In this document: positions 10,701-21,504 of the stretch, piece after piece | Position numbering within the stretch: the first letter of the stretch is position 1 | Layout of the letters: each line of letters opens with the position of its first letter | Assembly (NCBI GenBank): GCA_963701085.1 | Contig: OY969561.1 | Location: forward strand, 384,001 to 448,000 | Length of the DNA stretch: 64,000 bases | Source: an uncultured bacterium | GTDB lineage: Bacteria > Babelota > Babeliae > Babelales > Vermiphilaceae | Direction: 5' to 3' | The notes under the pieces: generated by a model | Told to the model about the DNA's origin: nothing | Database searches by the model: none | The model's input: only the letters and a program-made list of their open reading frames with translations | Translations under genes and position numbers: made by a program

Positions 10701-13556
10701 AGTGTTGGTAACAACACTTGAGATAAGTTCATTGGTACTTGGATCAGTTTCAACAACTCTCCCTGTTGTTAATGTGCCAACAATAAGATTGTTATCTGTT
10801 TTTAAAACACCTGCTGCGCTTCTATACAGATTGGTATCAGCATCAAAAACAATTTTAGTTCCTGCGGTTGGTAATTGTAAGAGGTTATTGACACCATCAA
10901 GTTGCATCACTGTATATTCTGAGATTGCTGATTGACCAACAACATCACTATTTTGGTAGCTGAATGAAAGTTGTGCGGTCGATGCATTTTTATTAATGTC
11001 CCACCCGCGTAGGGCAGAAGTTCCACCAACAGGAGAACCGGTATCAGAAACTAGGCGCACACCCGCAATTTTGGTGCGATCAGTTGTTACTGATGTAAGA
11101 TCAGTGTTATTAGGAGATAAAGAATATAACGATGTTGGACTACCATAAATATTTTCAAAACCAAGCCCTTCTGTTGAATATAGTGATGATTTATAGTTAA
11201 GTCCTGGATGATTTGTAGGACTAATAGCTACTTGAACTAAGCTGGTGTTTTTATTTGCTGTTGAACCAATAGTAAGAGCACCGTTATCATCAAGATCAAA
11301 AAATGCCAATTCAACATTAGTAGCATCATTAATACTAATGGTTGAGCTTGATGCAGTTGATGCATTAAAATGAAGCGTTGATGTACCTTCTTGTATGATA
11401 TCGTTGGTGCAATTACGAATAATAAGCCCCGATGCGGTAAGTGTTGTTGATGACGTATCTAATGAAGTACCAATCTGTATACCCGTGGTATAATTATGCA
11501 TAACGCCGCCAGTTATATTCACCGTGCCATTGCCGGAAGTTAATATACCTATACCTTCTGTCGAACCAATAACACTTGCTCCACTGAATTCACAACTAAT
11601 TATTTCAGCAACGGTTCCTGCACCACTCACTTGTATATCTATATCTGATGAGTTATTTGTTAATTCAAATGTACAACCAGAAAGCGTTAGATGTGATGCG
11701 CCATTTTGTACAATATCATATTCATTAAGCCTACAATTAACGCTATTGATAGTAACATTTGCATTGCTTGTTATAGTAGCACCCGTTGTGCATAAACCAA
11801 TGACGCCTCCCGTGAATACAACACTCGAAGCTGCTCCTGTTACGCTCATACCAGTATTTGCTGGTGGTCCTGTTATTACTGATGTACCAAAAATAGTACT
11901 ACTGTTACATTCAACGCGTGTGTTATTAATATCAAGTGCTGTGCCGTTATTAACAAAGAAACAGGTAGCAAAGCCATAAGATTGCGTTGCTCCTCCTGCA
12001 CAGCTTACGCCAACAAGAAAATTAAATACGCGAACATCATTTAATACGGTCAAAGTTCCCGCGGTCAGAGAAATACCTGTTGCCAATGGTGAAGATGATT
12101 GGAATGTTATGTCAGCAATGCGCACCGTATTGTTTATCACCAGAAGGTTGTTTGCCGGTGTATTGGGCATAATGAGTACGCTACTTGCCGATTCCCCTAC
12201 AATAGAAATTCCATCAGTTGTTATGGTGAGTGGAGCACTACTATTATCTTCGGTATAAATACCAGCGCTTATAACAATGCATACGGGATTAAAATCAGTT
12301 GCGAGCGAGTTTGCCACATTAATTGCTTTAGCAAGACTCGCGTACGGCGCATCAAATGAACCATTTCCCGTAACATCATTACCATATTTAGTAACATAAA
12401 TAGTTTCACTGGTTGCAGGAGGAACTGATCCTCCTGTGGTAACCCACTGTAAGTTAGTAGGAGCAATACTATTTGCTTGTAAATATTGAGAAGCTGTTGG
12501 CACTGTTGAGGGCAATGAAACGGTATAACTTACCGGAACAGACGCTGGTGCTTGAATACCAACATATCCTGGTCCTGGATCTAGAAATCGAAGAAATCCA
12601 TTAATAATTTCATCATTCACTGATAACGTGCTACTGACTGATTCATCGACAACTGATAGATTGATTACACATAAGCTAGCTATGCAATCTGCTACTGACA
12701 AGTTGGTAATTGTTGCATTCGTAATAATTGAATCAGTAGAAGAAAAGTTAGTTGCGGTTAATTGTGCAACAACTGAGGATACTGAACCAGTAGCACCCGT
12801 AGCGCCGATGGCACCAGTAGAACCAGTTACTCCCGTAGCACCTGTTGGGCCCGTTGCGCCAATTGTTCCTGCACCAGTGGCTCCTATAGCTCCCGTATTA
12901 CCCGTTGCACCAGTTACTCCTATCGTTCCCGCGCCAGTGGCACCAATAGCTCCTGTTGCGCCTGTACTACCAGTTGCACCTGTTGGACCTGTTGCCCCGG
13001 TTGTTCCACCACCAGATCCCCCTGGACCAGTAGCTCCGGTTGCACCCGTAGGCCCGGCAATGCCCGTTATGCCGATCACTGATCCACTAATTACTAAATC
13101 AACAACAGAAAGATTCTCAACGCATAAATTGTTTATGCAATCTTTTACAACTAAATCAGTTACCGAAAGAGTCTCTTTAACAGTAACACCCTTTTTAAAT
13201 TTTGCTGACTTGCCTACTTTTAATTTACCAAGAACATGTATTCCTTCTTTTGTTAATACATGTTTTTGAAATGTAGCTTTACCAAGAACATTAATATTTG
13301 CATCAATAACTTCCATTGGTTGTCGCATTAATGAGCCATTGGTAACATTATCTATTATTTCATCAAGATTTGTCGCTATTTTTTCTGCATATGCGGTATC
13401 AAGTTTGGCATAATTTTTTTGTAAAAAAGTTTCGGCATATTCAAGCGTTTCAATCACCGCATCATATTCCGCACAAGAAAATCCATTTTCAATATATTTG
13501 CGTAATTCATGCAATGGTGAATAATTATTTTCATCCAAATCACTCAACAAGAACAC
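7611..13556 (-). CDS. F2 central part: N-domain, collagen-like GXT run, beta-helix domain, tail-fibre domain
   Basis: Collagen-like [64 protein letters not shown] and [10 protein letters not shown] repeats. The frame aligns with the F6 N-terminus and stays open upstream to about 13652. Confidence 0.85.
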   Translation of the reverse strand: MFLLSDLDENNYSPLHELRKYIENGFSCAEYDAVIETLEYAETFLQKNYAKLDTAYAEKIATNLDEIIDNVTNGSLMRQPMEVIDANINVLGKATFQKHVLTKEGIHVLGKLKVGKSAKFKKGVTVKETLSVTDLVVKDCINNLCVENLSVVDLVISGSVIGITGIAGPTGATGATGPGGSGGGTTGATGPTGATGSTGATGAIGATGAGTIGVTGATGNTGAIGATGAGTIGATGPTGATGVTGSTGAIGATGATGSVSSVVAQLTATNFSSTDSIITNATITNLSVADCIASLCVINLSVVDESVSSTLSVNDEIINGFLRFLDPGPGYVGIQAPASVPVSYTVSLPSTVPTASQYLQANSIAPTNLQWVTTGGSVPPATSETIYVTKYGNDVTGNGSFDAPYASLAKAINVANSLATDFNPVCIVISAGIYTEDNSSAPLTITTDGISIVGESASSVLIMPNTPANNLLVINNTVRIADITFQSSSPLATGISLTAGTLTVLNDVRVFNFLVGVSCAGGATQSYGFATCFFVNNGTALDINNTRVECNSSTIFGTSVITGPPANTGMSVTGAASSVVFTGGVIGLCTTGATITSNANVTINSVNCRLNEYDIVQNGASHLTLSGCTFELTNNSSDIDIQVSGAGTVAEIISCEFSGASVIGSTEGIGILTSGNGTVNITGGVMHNYTTGIQIGTSLDTSSTTLTASGLIIRNCTNDIIQEGTSTLHFNASTASSSTISINDATNVELAFFDLDDNGALTIGSTANKNTSLVQVAISPTNHPGLNYKSSLYSTEGLGFENIYGSPTSLYSLSPNNTDLTSVTTDRTKIAGVRLVSDTGSPVGGTSALRGWDINKNASTAQLSFSYQNSDVVGQSAISEYTVMQLDGVNNLLQLPTAGTKIVFDADTNLYRSAAGVLKTDNNLIVGTLTTGRVVETDPSTNELISSVVTNTELSYLSGVTSAVQTQINSKVAKAGDTMTGTLQLPAGTTALPSLVFTGSTTTGLSANAGALSFSTNAAEAMKISAAGVVSIDGLAGTAGIVHNDTSGNLLSSLIVNADISASAAITDNKLNPISTAGKVLNSATTATSANTINAIVARDGSGNFSAGTITATLSGNATTATTATNFNGSLVGDVTGTQGATVVSLVGGQTASAVAAATVLANAATSANTASTIVKRTASGGFSAGLISVTDEVISNSFTITPFGTAGVLHNNSSGLISSSLIVNSDITNATISNAKLATISSTGQTGSIVVLNNSGNFSANEITITGTVTNATDAATKAYVDAAVSTGLVAKTPAVVVATSDIGSPPSGAQTIDSVVVSTGDRVLLVGQTNQIYNGIWLANTTGAWTYPTDWALGTPAGEAYVLITSGSVNAGSSWLCNTPAAIIGTNTITFAEFSLPSTTTGANVGTGTGLIYQGKTGVTLNFKTLLEGDAYTIITNDTNDVSLSTNATDANTASTIVARDGSGNFSAGTITAALSGNATTATTATNFSGSLSGDVIGTQGATVVSLVGGQSASNVAAATVLANAATSANTVSTIVKRDGSGNFSAGTITANLTGTVTGGASLDLPLAGGTMTGILVLPAESAATPSLQFTGSTNTGISAATANTLSFDANGIEIMNVSSSGVTIDAFSTAGVVHNSAAGLLSSSLIVNADITAGTITNGSLATVSSANNANYIVVRDGSGNFSAGTITANLSGNATTATTATNATNFSGSLVGDVTGTQSATVVSLVGGKTATDVAAATATVDAATNLNTVSTLVKRDSSGNFSAGTISAALIGNVTGSASLNVLKAGDIMTGTLQLPAGTTAAPSLTFTGSTTAGLSTNTGALSFSTNALERMKIASGGAISIDAFTAAGVVHNDASGNLSSSLIVNADITAATITGASIANATIANANLATISSSNIAGDIVVRDGSGNFSAGTITAALSGNATTATNFLDHWLVMLREHKEQQLSVLLVVKLQLMLLRLRYLPMLQQMQTLQVLL

Positions 13557-13591
13557 TATTTCTGCAATATTGCTCCACTCTTTGTTGAGAT

Positions 13592-13786
13592 CTATATATA
13601 CAACATCAGAGCTTTGGGCAATAATATCTGCTTCAATTGTTGAAATTTGTGCAAGTGATTTGTTGTGCTCATTGCAGACCTGTCCGCCATAGCTTCAGCG
13701 ACGGCGGATAATGGCAGCGGTGCAACTAACAGAGCAAAAGATAAAATAAAAGAACAATAACGGGATAAATGTTTTATATGTTTCAT
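13592..13786 (-). CDS. F2 N-terminal fragment (signal peptide), separated by two 1-nt insertions
   Basis: [26 protein letters not shown] is near-identical to the F6 N-terminus. Alignment with 45890-46020 shows extra bases near 13653 and 13670. Confidence 0.75.
   Translation of the reverse strand: MKHIKHLSRYCSFILSFALLVAPLPLSAVAEAMADRSAMSTTNHLHKFQQLKQILLPKALMLYI
13678..13708. repeat. Short palindrome inserted in-frame in F2
   Basis: ACCTGTCCGCCATAGCTTCAGCGACGGCGGA encodes [11 protein letters not shown] second copy is at 46014-46045, and it is absent from F7. Confidence 0.65.
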
Positions 13787-13829
13787 AAAAAAAGACCTTT
13801 TTTTAATACAATATTTTTGTTGTAACCAT

Positions 13830-13864
13830 AAAAAAAAGCCCCGCAGTTAAGCAAGGCTTTTTTT
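13830..13864 (-). terminator. Intrinsic terminator after F3
   Basis: Minus strand AAAAAAAGCCTTGC-TTAACT-GCGGGGCTTTTTTTT. The G.U pairs form only on the minus-strand RNA. Confidence 0.75.
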
Positions 13865-13886
13865 ATTATCGAATTATTATGCATTG

Positions 13887-16800
13887 TTATGCAGTTTCCA
13901 GCACTTTTATACGGTGAGTAAATTCTTGCAGCTGTGCTCGCAAACTATCAATTGCTTCATTCATTGTCTCAACCGTTATCGTAAGATTTTCAATGGTTGT
14001 TTGTTGTTTTTTCATTTCATTTAATAAAAGCACTGGCAACACATGATACAGAACTGTTTCTACTTCACCATCTTTATTTCTTGCTACAATGCCAGGAAAT
14101 AGTTCATCAACTTCTTCTGCAATTAAACCGTACTGTTTTGTTTCTGTTGCATCGCTATTATACACAAATGTCACGGGACGCAAATCAAGAATATGTGCTG
14201 ATTCATTATTCATATCTTGAATAGCATGCTTTACTTTTCTTGTTGAAGTGTTAACACCAAGTTGACCTGTGCCGGTAACAAGGACTGCGGGAACAGCACC
14301 AACGTTAACACCAGTAATGTTAGCAATTCGCGTAGTATTGCTTTCACCTGCGGTAGCAGCACTAAGACCAATATAAATATTACCACTTCCTGTGGTAACC
14401 GTTCCTCCTGCACTGAAACCAATTGCAATATTGTTGCCTCCTGTTGTAACGCTTAGAAGTGCGGAATTACCAACTGCCACATTATCAGCTGATGTGCTTG
14501 CCTGAAGTGCGTGAGCACCAATCGCCGTATTAGCTGCTCCCGTTGTATTCGCAAGTAATGCATCATAACCAACCGCCACATTACCATTCCCAGTTAGAAT
14601 TGCAGCCAATGTACTATATCCAACAGCTGTGTTATTTTGACCTATTGTGTTCACTGTTAATGCATTATAGCCAACAGCGGTGTTTCCATTGCCAGTTGTA
14701 TTTGCTGCAAGTGCACCTGAACCAACGGCAGTACTAAAGCTTGTTCCGGTTGCATTAGCAGCAAGAGCGTTATAACCGATTGCAGTATTATCAGTACCTG
14801 TTGTGTTTGCATTTAATGCATTGTAGCCAAGTGCTGTATTATTAATCCCTATTGTATTGTGACTCAGAGCAGCACTACCAACTGCAGTATTATCGATACC
14901 TGTTGTGTTTGCATTTAATGCAAACCACCCAACAGCAGTACTATCAGTACCCACTGTGTTTGTAGCAAGTGCACCAGCACCAACTGCAGTATTATCAATG
15001 CCGGTTGTGTTTGCCTGAAGTGCTGTTGAACCAACGGCAGTATTTGCATTCACTGTGTTAACTCCTAATGCATTATAACCAAGTGCAGTATTATTTATAC
15101 CTGTTGCATTTGTAGCCAATGCACTATATCCAACACCAGTATTAAATATTCCAGTTGTGTTTGCAGCTAACGCACTTGAACCAACAGCGGTACTGCCACT
15201 TGTTCCCGTTGCGTTTGCAGCAAGAGCGTTATAACCAATTGCGGTATTATCGGTACCTGTTGTGCTCACAAGTAATGCATCATAACCAAGTGCAGTATTG
15301 TGAATACCAACGGTATTTGCAGCCAATGCACTATATCCAACAGCAGCGTTATTTGTTCCGGTTGTATTTGCCGCTAATGCACTTGAACCCACAGCGGTAT
15401 TAAAGCTTGTTCCTGTTGCGTTAGCAGCAAGAGCGTTATAACCAATTGCGGTATTATCAGTACCTGTTGTACTTACAAGTAATGCATCATAGCCAAGTGC
15501 GGTGTTATGAGTTCCAACAGTATTTGCAGCGAGTGCACTTTTCCCAACAGCGGTGTTATTTGTTCCGGTTGTGTTTGCCGCCAATGCGCTACTTCCCATA
15601 GCAGTATTGTTACTTGTTCCCGTTGCGTTTGCAGCAAGAGCGTTATAACCAATTGCAGTATTATCAGTACCGGTTGTACTAACAGCCAATGCATTGTAGC
15701 CAAGCGCAGTGTTATCAACACCAACCGTGTTTGCAGCCAATGTACTTTTCCCTACAGCGGTATTAAAAGTTCCGGTAGTGTTTGCAGCCAATGCACTTGA
15801 ACCAACAGCAGTATTATTACTTGTTCCGGTTGCATTTGCAGCAAGAGCGTTATAGCCAATTGCAGTATTATCAGTGCCTGTTGTACTCACAAGTAATGCA
15901 TCATAACCAAGTGCGGTGTTATGATTTCCAACAGTATTTGCAGCTAATGAACTATATCCAACAGCGGTGTTATTTGTTCCGGTTGTGTTTACAGCTAATG
16001 CACTTGAACCAACAGCGGTATTAAAGCTTGTTCCGGTTGCATTTGCAGCGAGTGCGTTATAACCAATTGCAGTATTATCAGTACCGGTTGTGCTCACAGC
16101 CAATGCATTGTAGCCAAGTGCAGTGTTATCAACACCAACAGTGTTTGCTTTAAGAGCTTGATAACCAAGTGCAACGTTATTTGTTCCGGTTGTGTTTGCC
16201 GCTAATGCACTTGAACCAACAGCGGTATTAAAGCTTGTTCCGGTTGCATTTGCAGCGAGTGCGTTATAACCAATTGCAGTATTATCAGTACCTGTTGTAC
16301 TAACAGCCAATGCATTGTAGCCAAGTGCAGTATTATTAATACCAACAGTGTTTGCAGCAAGTGTACTATATCCAATAGCGGTGTTAAATGTCCCTGTACC
16401 ATTTGCCGTTAATGCACTAGCGCCAATACCAGTATTGGCACCTGAACCACTTGTAGTAAAGTTACCCGCACTAATCCCAACAAATGTGTTATTTGTTCCA
16501 AAATCATGAATAAACCTACTTGATCCTTTTAATATATTGCCCGTAGTTGATGTACTTGGTTCGGCACTTAGGATAAGATTTCCGCTATGAACACCATCAG
16601 TCATACTGATAATTGAGGCAGCAAAGTTTCCCGATGCATCGCGTTTTACAATAGTGCTTGCAGTGTTTGCATTTGTTGCAGCATTTGCAAGTAATGTTGC
16701 AGCAGCAACATTGGCAGCAGTTTGACCGCCAACAGAGCTTACTACCGTTGCTCCTTGTGTGCCCGTTACGTCGCCAACCAATGAACCAGAAAAACTTGTA

Positions 16801-17948
16801 GCGGTAGTAGCGGTTGTTGCATTACCGCTGAGTGCAGCGGTAATTGTGCCTGCAGAGAAGTTACCCGATGAATCACGAGCAACAATATAGCTTGCATTAT
16901 TAGCACTTGAAACAGTTGCTAAACTTGCATTAGTAATCGTACTTGCAGTGATGTCAGCATTAACAATTAATGAACTTGATAATAATCCTGCTGCACTATT
17001 GTGAACTACACCAGCGGTACTGAATGCATCAATAGTGACACCAGAAGAACTAATATTCATACGCTCAACACCACTTGTATCGAAAGATAGCGTGTTTGCC
17101 GTTGCCGCAGATAATCCAGTGTTGGTGCTGCCAGTGAATTGAATTGATGGAGCAGCTGCGGTTCCTGCTGGATGAGTAAGAGTTCCTGTCATAGTATCGC
17201 CAGCTTTGAGAACATTGAGCGATGCGCCACCAGTCACTGTGCCAGTTAAGTTTGCAGTAATAGTTCCGGCAGCAAAGTTACCTGATCCATCACGAGCAAC
17301 AATATAGCTTGCATTATTAGCACTCGAAACAGTTGCTAAGCTTGCATTAGTAATTGTCGAGGCAGTGATGTCAGCATTGACAATTAATGAGCTTGATACA
17401 TTTCCTGAACTATCATTGTGAAGAACGCCCGCTGTACTAAATGGACCAATTTGAAAACTTCCCATAATAATTTCATCATTAACTGATAGTAAACCATTAA
17501 CCACCGCAATATTTGTATACGGTCCCTTGAGTAATCCATTTAAAAATTTTTGAGCTATTACTTCAAGATCATCATAGAGTTGTTGTGCGTGTAATTGATC
17601 ACGATGTGAATAATTTTTTTGCAAAATTATTTCGGCATGATGAAGCGCTTGAGCAACTGCATCGTGTTCTGCCACCAAGAAACCATTTTCAATATGGGTC
17701 TTTAGTTGGTGCAGCGGTGAAGTGTTATCATCATCCAGGGAACTGACTGTTACAACAAAATCAACAATAGGAGAAAGTTCCTTACCAAGGTAAATAAAAG
17801 AATTTAAACAATAATAATCTAAAGAAAAATCTTCAAATTTCTCTATTGTTTCCATATCATGCGCAATTATTGATGCTTGCAGTGGTGCGATTAACAGGGA
17901 AAACGATAATAATAAGTTAAAGAAACGAGAATAACGTATACAGTTCAT
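13887..17948 (-). CDS. F3: exported tail-fibre-like protein, ~40 17-aa repeats, S74-like domain
   Basis: Intact 1353-aa ORF with signal peptide, divergent N-domain, [14 protein letters not shown]...YGLIAEEV and a terminal coiled coil. Confidence 0.9.
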   Translation of the reverse strand: MNCIRYSRFFNLLLSFSLLIAPLQASIIAHDMETIEKFEDFSLDYYCLNSFIYLGKELSPIVDFVVTVSSLDDDNTSPLHQLKTHIENGFLVAEHDAVAQALHHAEIILQKNYSHRDQLHAQQLYDDLEVIAQKFLNGLLKGPYTNIAVVNGLLSVNDEIIMGSFQIGPFSTAGVLHNDSSGNVSSSLIVNADITASTITNASLATVSSANNASYIVARDGSGNFAAGTITANLTGTVTGGASLNVLKAGDTMTGTLTHPAGTAAAPSIQFTGSTNTGLSAATANTLSFDTSGVERMNISSSGVTIDAFSTAGVVHNSAAGLLSSSLIVNADITASTITNASLATVSSANNASYIVARDSSGNFSAGTITAALSGNATTATTATSFSGSLVGDVTGTQGATVVSSVGGQTAANVAAATLLANAATNANTASTIVKRDASGNFAASIISMTDGVHSGNLILSAEPSTSTTGNILKGSSRFIHDFGTNNTFVGISAGNFTTSGSGANTGIGASALTANGTGTFNTAIGYSTLAANTVGINNTALGYNALAVSTTGTDNTAIGYNALAANATGTSFNTAVGSSALAANTTGTNNVALGYQALKANTVGVDNTALGYNALAVSTTGTDNTAIGYNALAANATGTSFNTAVGSSALAVNTTGTNNTAVGYSSLAANTVGNHNTALGYDALLVSTTGTDNTAIGYNALAANATGTSNNTAVGSSALAANTTGTFNTAVGKSTLAANTVGVDNTALGYNALAVSTTGTDNTAIGYNALAANATGTSNNTAMGSSALAANTTGTNNTAVGKSALAANTVGTHNTALGYDALLVSTTGTDNTAIGYNALAANATGTSFNTAVGSSALAANTTGTNNAAVGYSALAANTVGIHNTALGYDALLVSTTGTDNTAIGYNALAANATGTSGSTAVGSSALAANTTGIFNTGVGYSALATNATGINNTALGYNALGVNTVNANTAVGSTALQANTTGIDNTAVGAGALATNTVGTDSTAVGWFALNANTTGIDNTAVGSAALSHNTIGINNTALGYNALNANTTGTDNTAIGYNALAANATGTSFSTAVGSGALAANTTGNGNTAVGYNALTVNTIGQNNTAVGYSTLAAILTGNGNVAVGYDALLANTTGAANTAIGAHALQASTSADNVAVGNSALLSVTTGGNNIAIGFSAGGTVTTGSGNIYIGLSAATAGESNTTRIANITGVNVGAVPAVLVTGTGQLGVNTSTRKVKHAIQDMNNESAHILDLRPVTFVYNSDATETKQYGLIAEEVDELFPGIVARNKDGEVETVLYHVLPVLLLNEMKKQQTTIENLTITVETMNEAIDSLRAQLQEFTHRIKVLETA

Positions 17949-18005
17949 ATAAAATCCTTTATCAAAAAAAAAGAATGCGCATATAAGTAATTGAGTCTAA
18001 TACAA

Positions 18006-18041
18006 GCAAAAAGACCCTTGATCAATCAAGAGTCTTTTTGC
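18006..18041 (-). terminator. Intrinsic terminator after F4
   Basis: GCAAAAAGACCCTTGAT-CA-ATCAAGAGTCTTTTTGC, homologous to the hairpin at 28126-28174. Confidence 0.75.
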
Positions 18042-18073
18042 CTTTGTCTAAAAATATTTTTTATGTATTGTTT

Positions 18074-21000
18074 TTAACTAATCATTCGCGCCATAAAATT
18101 TTGTAGTTCTAATTTTAGGCTGTCGATTGCATTATTCATTGCTTCAACCGTTACATAGTGTTGTTTCATTTCTTCAATGGTTGCATGTTGTTTTTGTATT
18201 TCATTTAAGAGCAATGCTGGTAGCAAATGATAACGTACGGTTGATATTACGCCATCTTCATCCCTGGAGATTAATGTAGGGAATATTTCTTCAACTTCTT
18301 CAGCGATTAAACCGTACTGTTTTGTATCTGTTTCATCATTATTATACGCAAAGGTAACAGGACGAAGTTTAAATATTTCCGCTGAATCAGTGCCCATATC
18401 TTGTATATCATGCTTATATCTTCTTGATGACGTTGTAATACCAAGTTGGCCACTACCAGTAACAACAACAACATCGCCTGATACACCCACACCAGTAATA
18501 CCTGCAATAAAGCATTCTGTTTGTGACGTTCCAATACGTGTCGTAGTAGCCTCGGATGATGATCCAGCATTAGCATTAATATAAATATTGCCAGCACCTG
18601 TTGCAAGCGTTGCTCCCGCATTATAACCAATGATAATATTATTTGTACCTGTTGTAATCGCTACTCCAGCACCACTTCCAATAGCAGTATTTTCAATTCC
18701 AGTGCATACAGGCAATGCATTATAACCTACAGCGGTACAATCACTTCCTGTTGAGTTTGCATTAAGAGCTAGATAACCAACGGCAGTATTATCTACGGCA
18801 GTTGAAAGTGTTGCCAATGCCTTGCTTCCAATCGCAGTATTAAAGTTTCCGGTACCGAGCGTTAAGGCATTGTAACCCAGTGCTGTACAATCAGTACCCG
18901 TTGCATTAGTTAATAATGCTTGATAACCAACAGCAGTATTATCAGCACCCGTTGTATTTGCGGTTAATGTGTTATAGCCTAGTGCAGTATTATTGCCAGC
19001 TTTGTCATGGAACAATGCTTGATAGCCGAAGGCTGTGTCATTCGATACTCCTGCTGTGCAATTTCCCATTGCGAAGGTACCAACAGCAGTGTTGTTATTG
19101 CCGCTAACGATGCTACCTACTGCATTTTGACCAATTGCAATATTATCGGATCCTGTTACATTACTCTGCAAAGCACCACTACCGATTGCTATATTAGAAG
19201 AACCTGTTGTGTTAGCTAAAAGTGCCCCGTCACCAATTGCCGCATTATTGGAACCCGTTGTATTTGCAGCTAATGCACTAATACCAAGGGCAGTATTAGC
19301 AACACCAACCGTATTTACAGTTAAGGCATTATATCCAACAGCCGTGTTAGCTACACCTGTTGTATTTACCGCTAAAGCATTATAACCCATTGCGGTATTA
19401 AAGCCTCCTTGATCATTTTTCAATGCCTGATACCCAATAGCTGTATCATTACTTATTCCAGTGGTATTTGCCATTGCTTGGTAACCAACAGCAACATTCT
19501 TTGCACCAGTTGTATTTGCAGCTAATGCGCTACTTCCAACCGCGGTATTAAAACTTGTTCCTGTTGCGTTTGCAGCAAGAGCGTTATAACCAATTGCGGT
19601 ATTATCAGTACCGGTTGTGCTCACAGCCAATGCATTGTAGCCAAGTGCAGTGTTATCAACACCTGTTGTGTTTGCAGCTAATGTTTTACTACCGACAGCA
19701 GTATTAAAATTAGCACCTGCTGCATTCGCAGTTAATGCATGATACCCGATTCCCGTGTTATCGGTACCCGTTGTCGTAAAGTTGCCAGCATTGATACCAA
19801 CAAATGTATTATCTGTTCCAAAATCATGAATAAAGCTGCTTGAACCTTTTAGAATATTACCTGCGCTTGAAGTACTTGGTTCAGTGCTTAATATAAGATT
19901 GCCGCTATGAACACCATCAGTCATACTGATAATTGAGGCAGCAAAGTTACCTGATGCATCACGTTTTACCAATGTACTTGCCGTATCTAAATTAGTTGCA
20001 GCATCAACAGTACCTGTTGCAGCAGCAACATCGGCAGCAGTTTTTCCACCAACAAAGCTGACAACTGTTGCACCTTGAGTTCCTGTAACATCACCAACGA
20101 GTGATCCAGTAAAGCTAGCAGCGCTGCCGCTAACATTTCCTGTTACATTTCCCGTTAAACTTGCGGTGATTGTACCTGCAGAGAAATTACCAGAACCATC
20201 ACGCACAACAATATCGCCAGCAACATTAGAACTGGAAATGGTCGCCAAGTTTGCATTAGCAATTGTTGCAGACGCTATGCTTGCGCCAGTAATTGTCGCC
20301 GCGGTGATATCAGCATTTACAATTAATGAGCTTGTTATATTTCCTGAAGAATCATTATGAAGAACACCAGCTGTACCAAATGACGTAATAGCAAACGTAT
20401 TACTAATAACTTCATCAGTAACACTAATCAACCCTGCAGCAAAACTGCCTGATCCATCGCGCACAACAATATCGCCAGCAATATTAGTGTTTGAAATTGT
20501 TGCAAGTTTTGCATTGGTTATTGTCGAAGAAGTGATATCAGCATTAACAATTAATGAACTTGATAATAATCCCGCTGAACTACTATGAACTACACCGGTA
20601 CTCAGTGCATCAATAGTGACTCCACCTGTTGCACTGATATTTAGTCTTTCGACACCGTTGGTATCGAAAGATAGCGTGTTTGTTGTTGCTGCAGATATCC
20701 CCGTATTTGTGCTACCTGTAAATTGAATTGATGGAGCAGCGGCAGTTCCTGCTGGATGAGTAAGCGTTCCCGTCATGGTGTCACCGCTTTTCAGAACATT
20801 GAGTGATGCAGCTCCCGTTAAACTTGCAGTTATGGTTCCGGCTGAAAAATTACCTGATATATCACGAAGCACTATAGTGCTGGCAGTATTTGCAGATGTT
20901 GCCGTTGTAGCAGAGTTAGCAACTTTACCACTCGTACTAATTGTTGCTAATTTTGTATCAATGATTGCAGCTGTTGCACTAACATCAGCATCAACAATCA

Positions 21001-21268
21001 ATGAACTTGATAAATGACCAGAAGAATCATTATGAACAATGCCCGCGGTACCAGCCAAATCATCAATAGAAACAACACCACCAGAACTTATAGCCATAGC
21101 CTCTGCGCCATTGGTGATGAATGATAAAGATCCTGGATCACTTAAATTGCTACCATTACCTGCTGATAAACCACTGGTAGTGCTACCCGTGAATACCAGT
21201 GTTGGTGTTGTATCAGTTCCTGCTGGTAGTTGTAGTGTGCCTGTCATAGTGTCACCAGCTTTGAGCAC
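18074..21268 (-). CDS. F4 C-terminal part (reconstructed gene 18074-25320, ~2,410 aa): fibre repeats, 17-aa repeats, S74-like domain
   Basis: Contains TTSSRRYKHDIQDM...YGLIAEEV. An extra base near 21275 (taagatgatgc versus paralogous taagtgatgc) breaks the frame. Confidence 0.85.
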   Translation of the reverse strand: MLKAGDTMTGTLQLPAGTDTTPTLVFTGSTTSGLSAGNGSNLSDPGSLSFITNGAEAMAISSGGVVSIDDLAGTAGIVHNDSSGHLSSSLIVDADVSATAAIIDTKLATISTSGKVANSATTATSANTASTIVLRDISGNFSAGTITASLTGAASLNVLKSGDTMTGTLTHPAGTAAAPSIQFTGSTNTGISAATTNTLSFDTNGVERLNISATGGVTIDALSTGVVHSSSAGLLSSSLIVNADITSSTITNAKLATISNTNIAGDIVVRDGSGSFAAGLISVTDEVISNTFAITSFGTAGVLHNDSSGNITSSLIVNADITAATITGASIASATIANANLATISSSNVAGDIVVRDGSGNFSAGTITASLTGNVTGNVSGSAASFTGSLVGDVTGTQGATVVSFVGGKTAADVAAATGTVDAATNLDTASTLVKRDASGNFAASIISMTDGVHSGNLILSTEPSTSSAGNILKGSSSFIHDFGTDNTFVGINAGNFTTTGTDNTGIGYHALTANAAGANFNTAVGSKTLAANTTGVDNTALGYNALAVSTTGTDNTAIGYNALAANATGTSFNTAVGSSALAANTTGAKNVAVGYQAMANTTGISNDTAIGYQALKNDQGGFNTAMGYNALAVNTTGVANTAVGYNALTVNTVGVANTALGISALAANTTGSNNAAIGDGALLANTTGSSNIAIGSGALQSNVTGSDNIAIGQNAVGSIVSGNNNTAVGTFAMGNCTAGVSNDTAFGYQALFHDKAGNNTALGYNTLTANTTGADNTAVGYQALLTNATGTDCTALGYNALTLGTGNFNTAIGSKALATLSTAVDNTAVGYLALNANSTGSDCTAVGYNALPVCTGIENTAIGSGAGVAITTGTNNIIIGYNAGATLATGAGNIYINANAGSSSEATTTRIGTSQTECFIAGITGVGVSGDVVVVTGSGQLGITTSSRRYKHDIQDMGTDSAEIFKLRPVTFAYNNDETDTKQYGLIAEEVEEIFPTLISRDEDGVISTVRYHLLPALLLNEIQKQHATIEEMKQHYVTVEAMNNAIDSLKLELQNFMARMIS

Positions 21269-21269
21269 G

Positions 21270-21497
21270 TTAAGATGATGCAGCCCCGGTTAAACTTGCG
21301 GTAATGGTGCCGGCAGCAAAGTTACCCGATGAATCACGCAGCACTATAGTGCTTGCAGTATTAAGATTTGTTGCTGTTGTGGCAGAGTTGGCAACTTTAC
21401 CCGTAGTCATAATTGTTGCAAGTTTGGTATCAACTATTGCTGCAGCTGGATCCACATCAGCATTGACAATAAGATGATGTTGATAATAAACCTGCAT
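21270..21497 (-). CDS. F4 internal fragment between frameshifts
   Basis: [21 protein letters not shown]...[17 protein letters not shown] matches the repeat in F6. Bounded by the insertion near 21275 and a cluster of about four insertions at 21474-21517. Confidence 0.7.
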   Translation of the reverse strand: MQVYYQHHLIVNADVDPAAAIVDTKLATIMTTGKVANSATTATNLNTASTIVLRDSSGNFAAGTITASLTGAASS

Positions 21498-21504
21498 GAA
21501 CTCA

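Noticed and set aside
4260-14270. Diversity-generating retroelement TR/VR pair among the similar 3' ends
   Set aside because: Differences are mostly synonymous and not adenine-specific, all copies are coding, and no reverse transcriptase is present.
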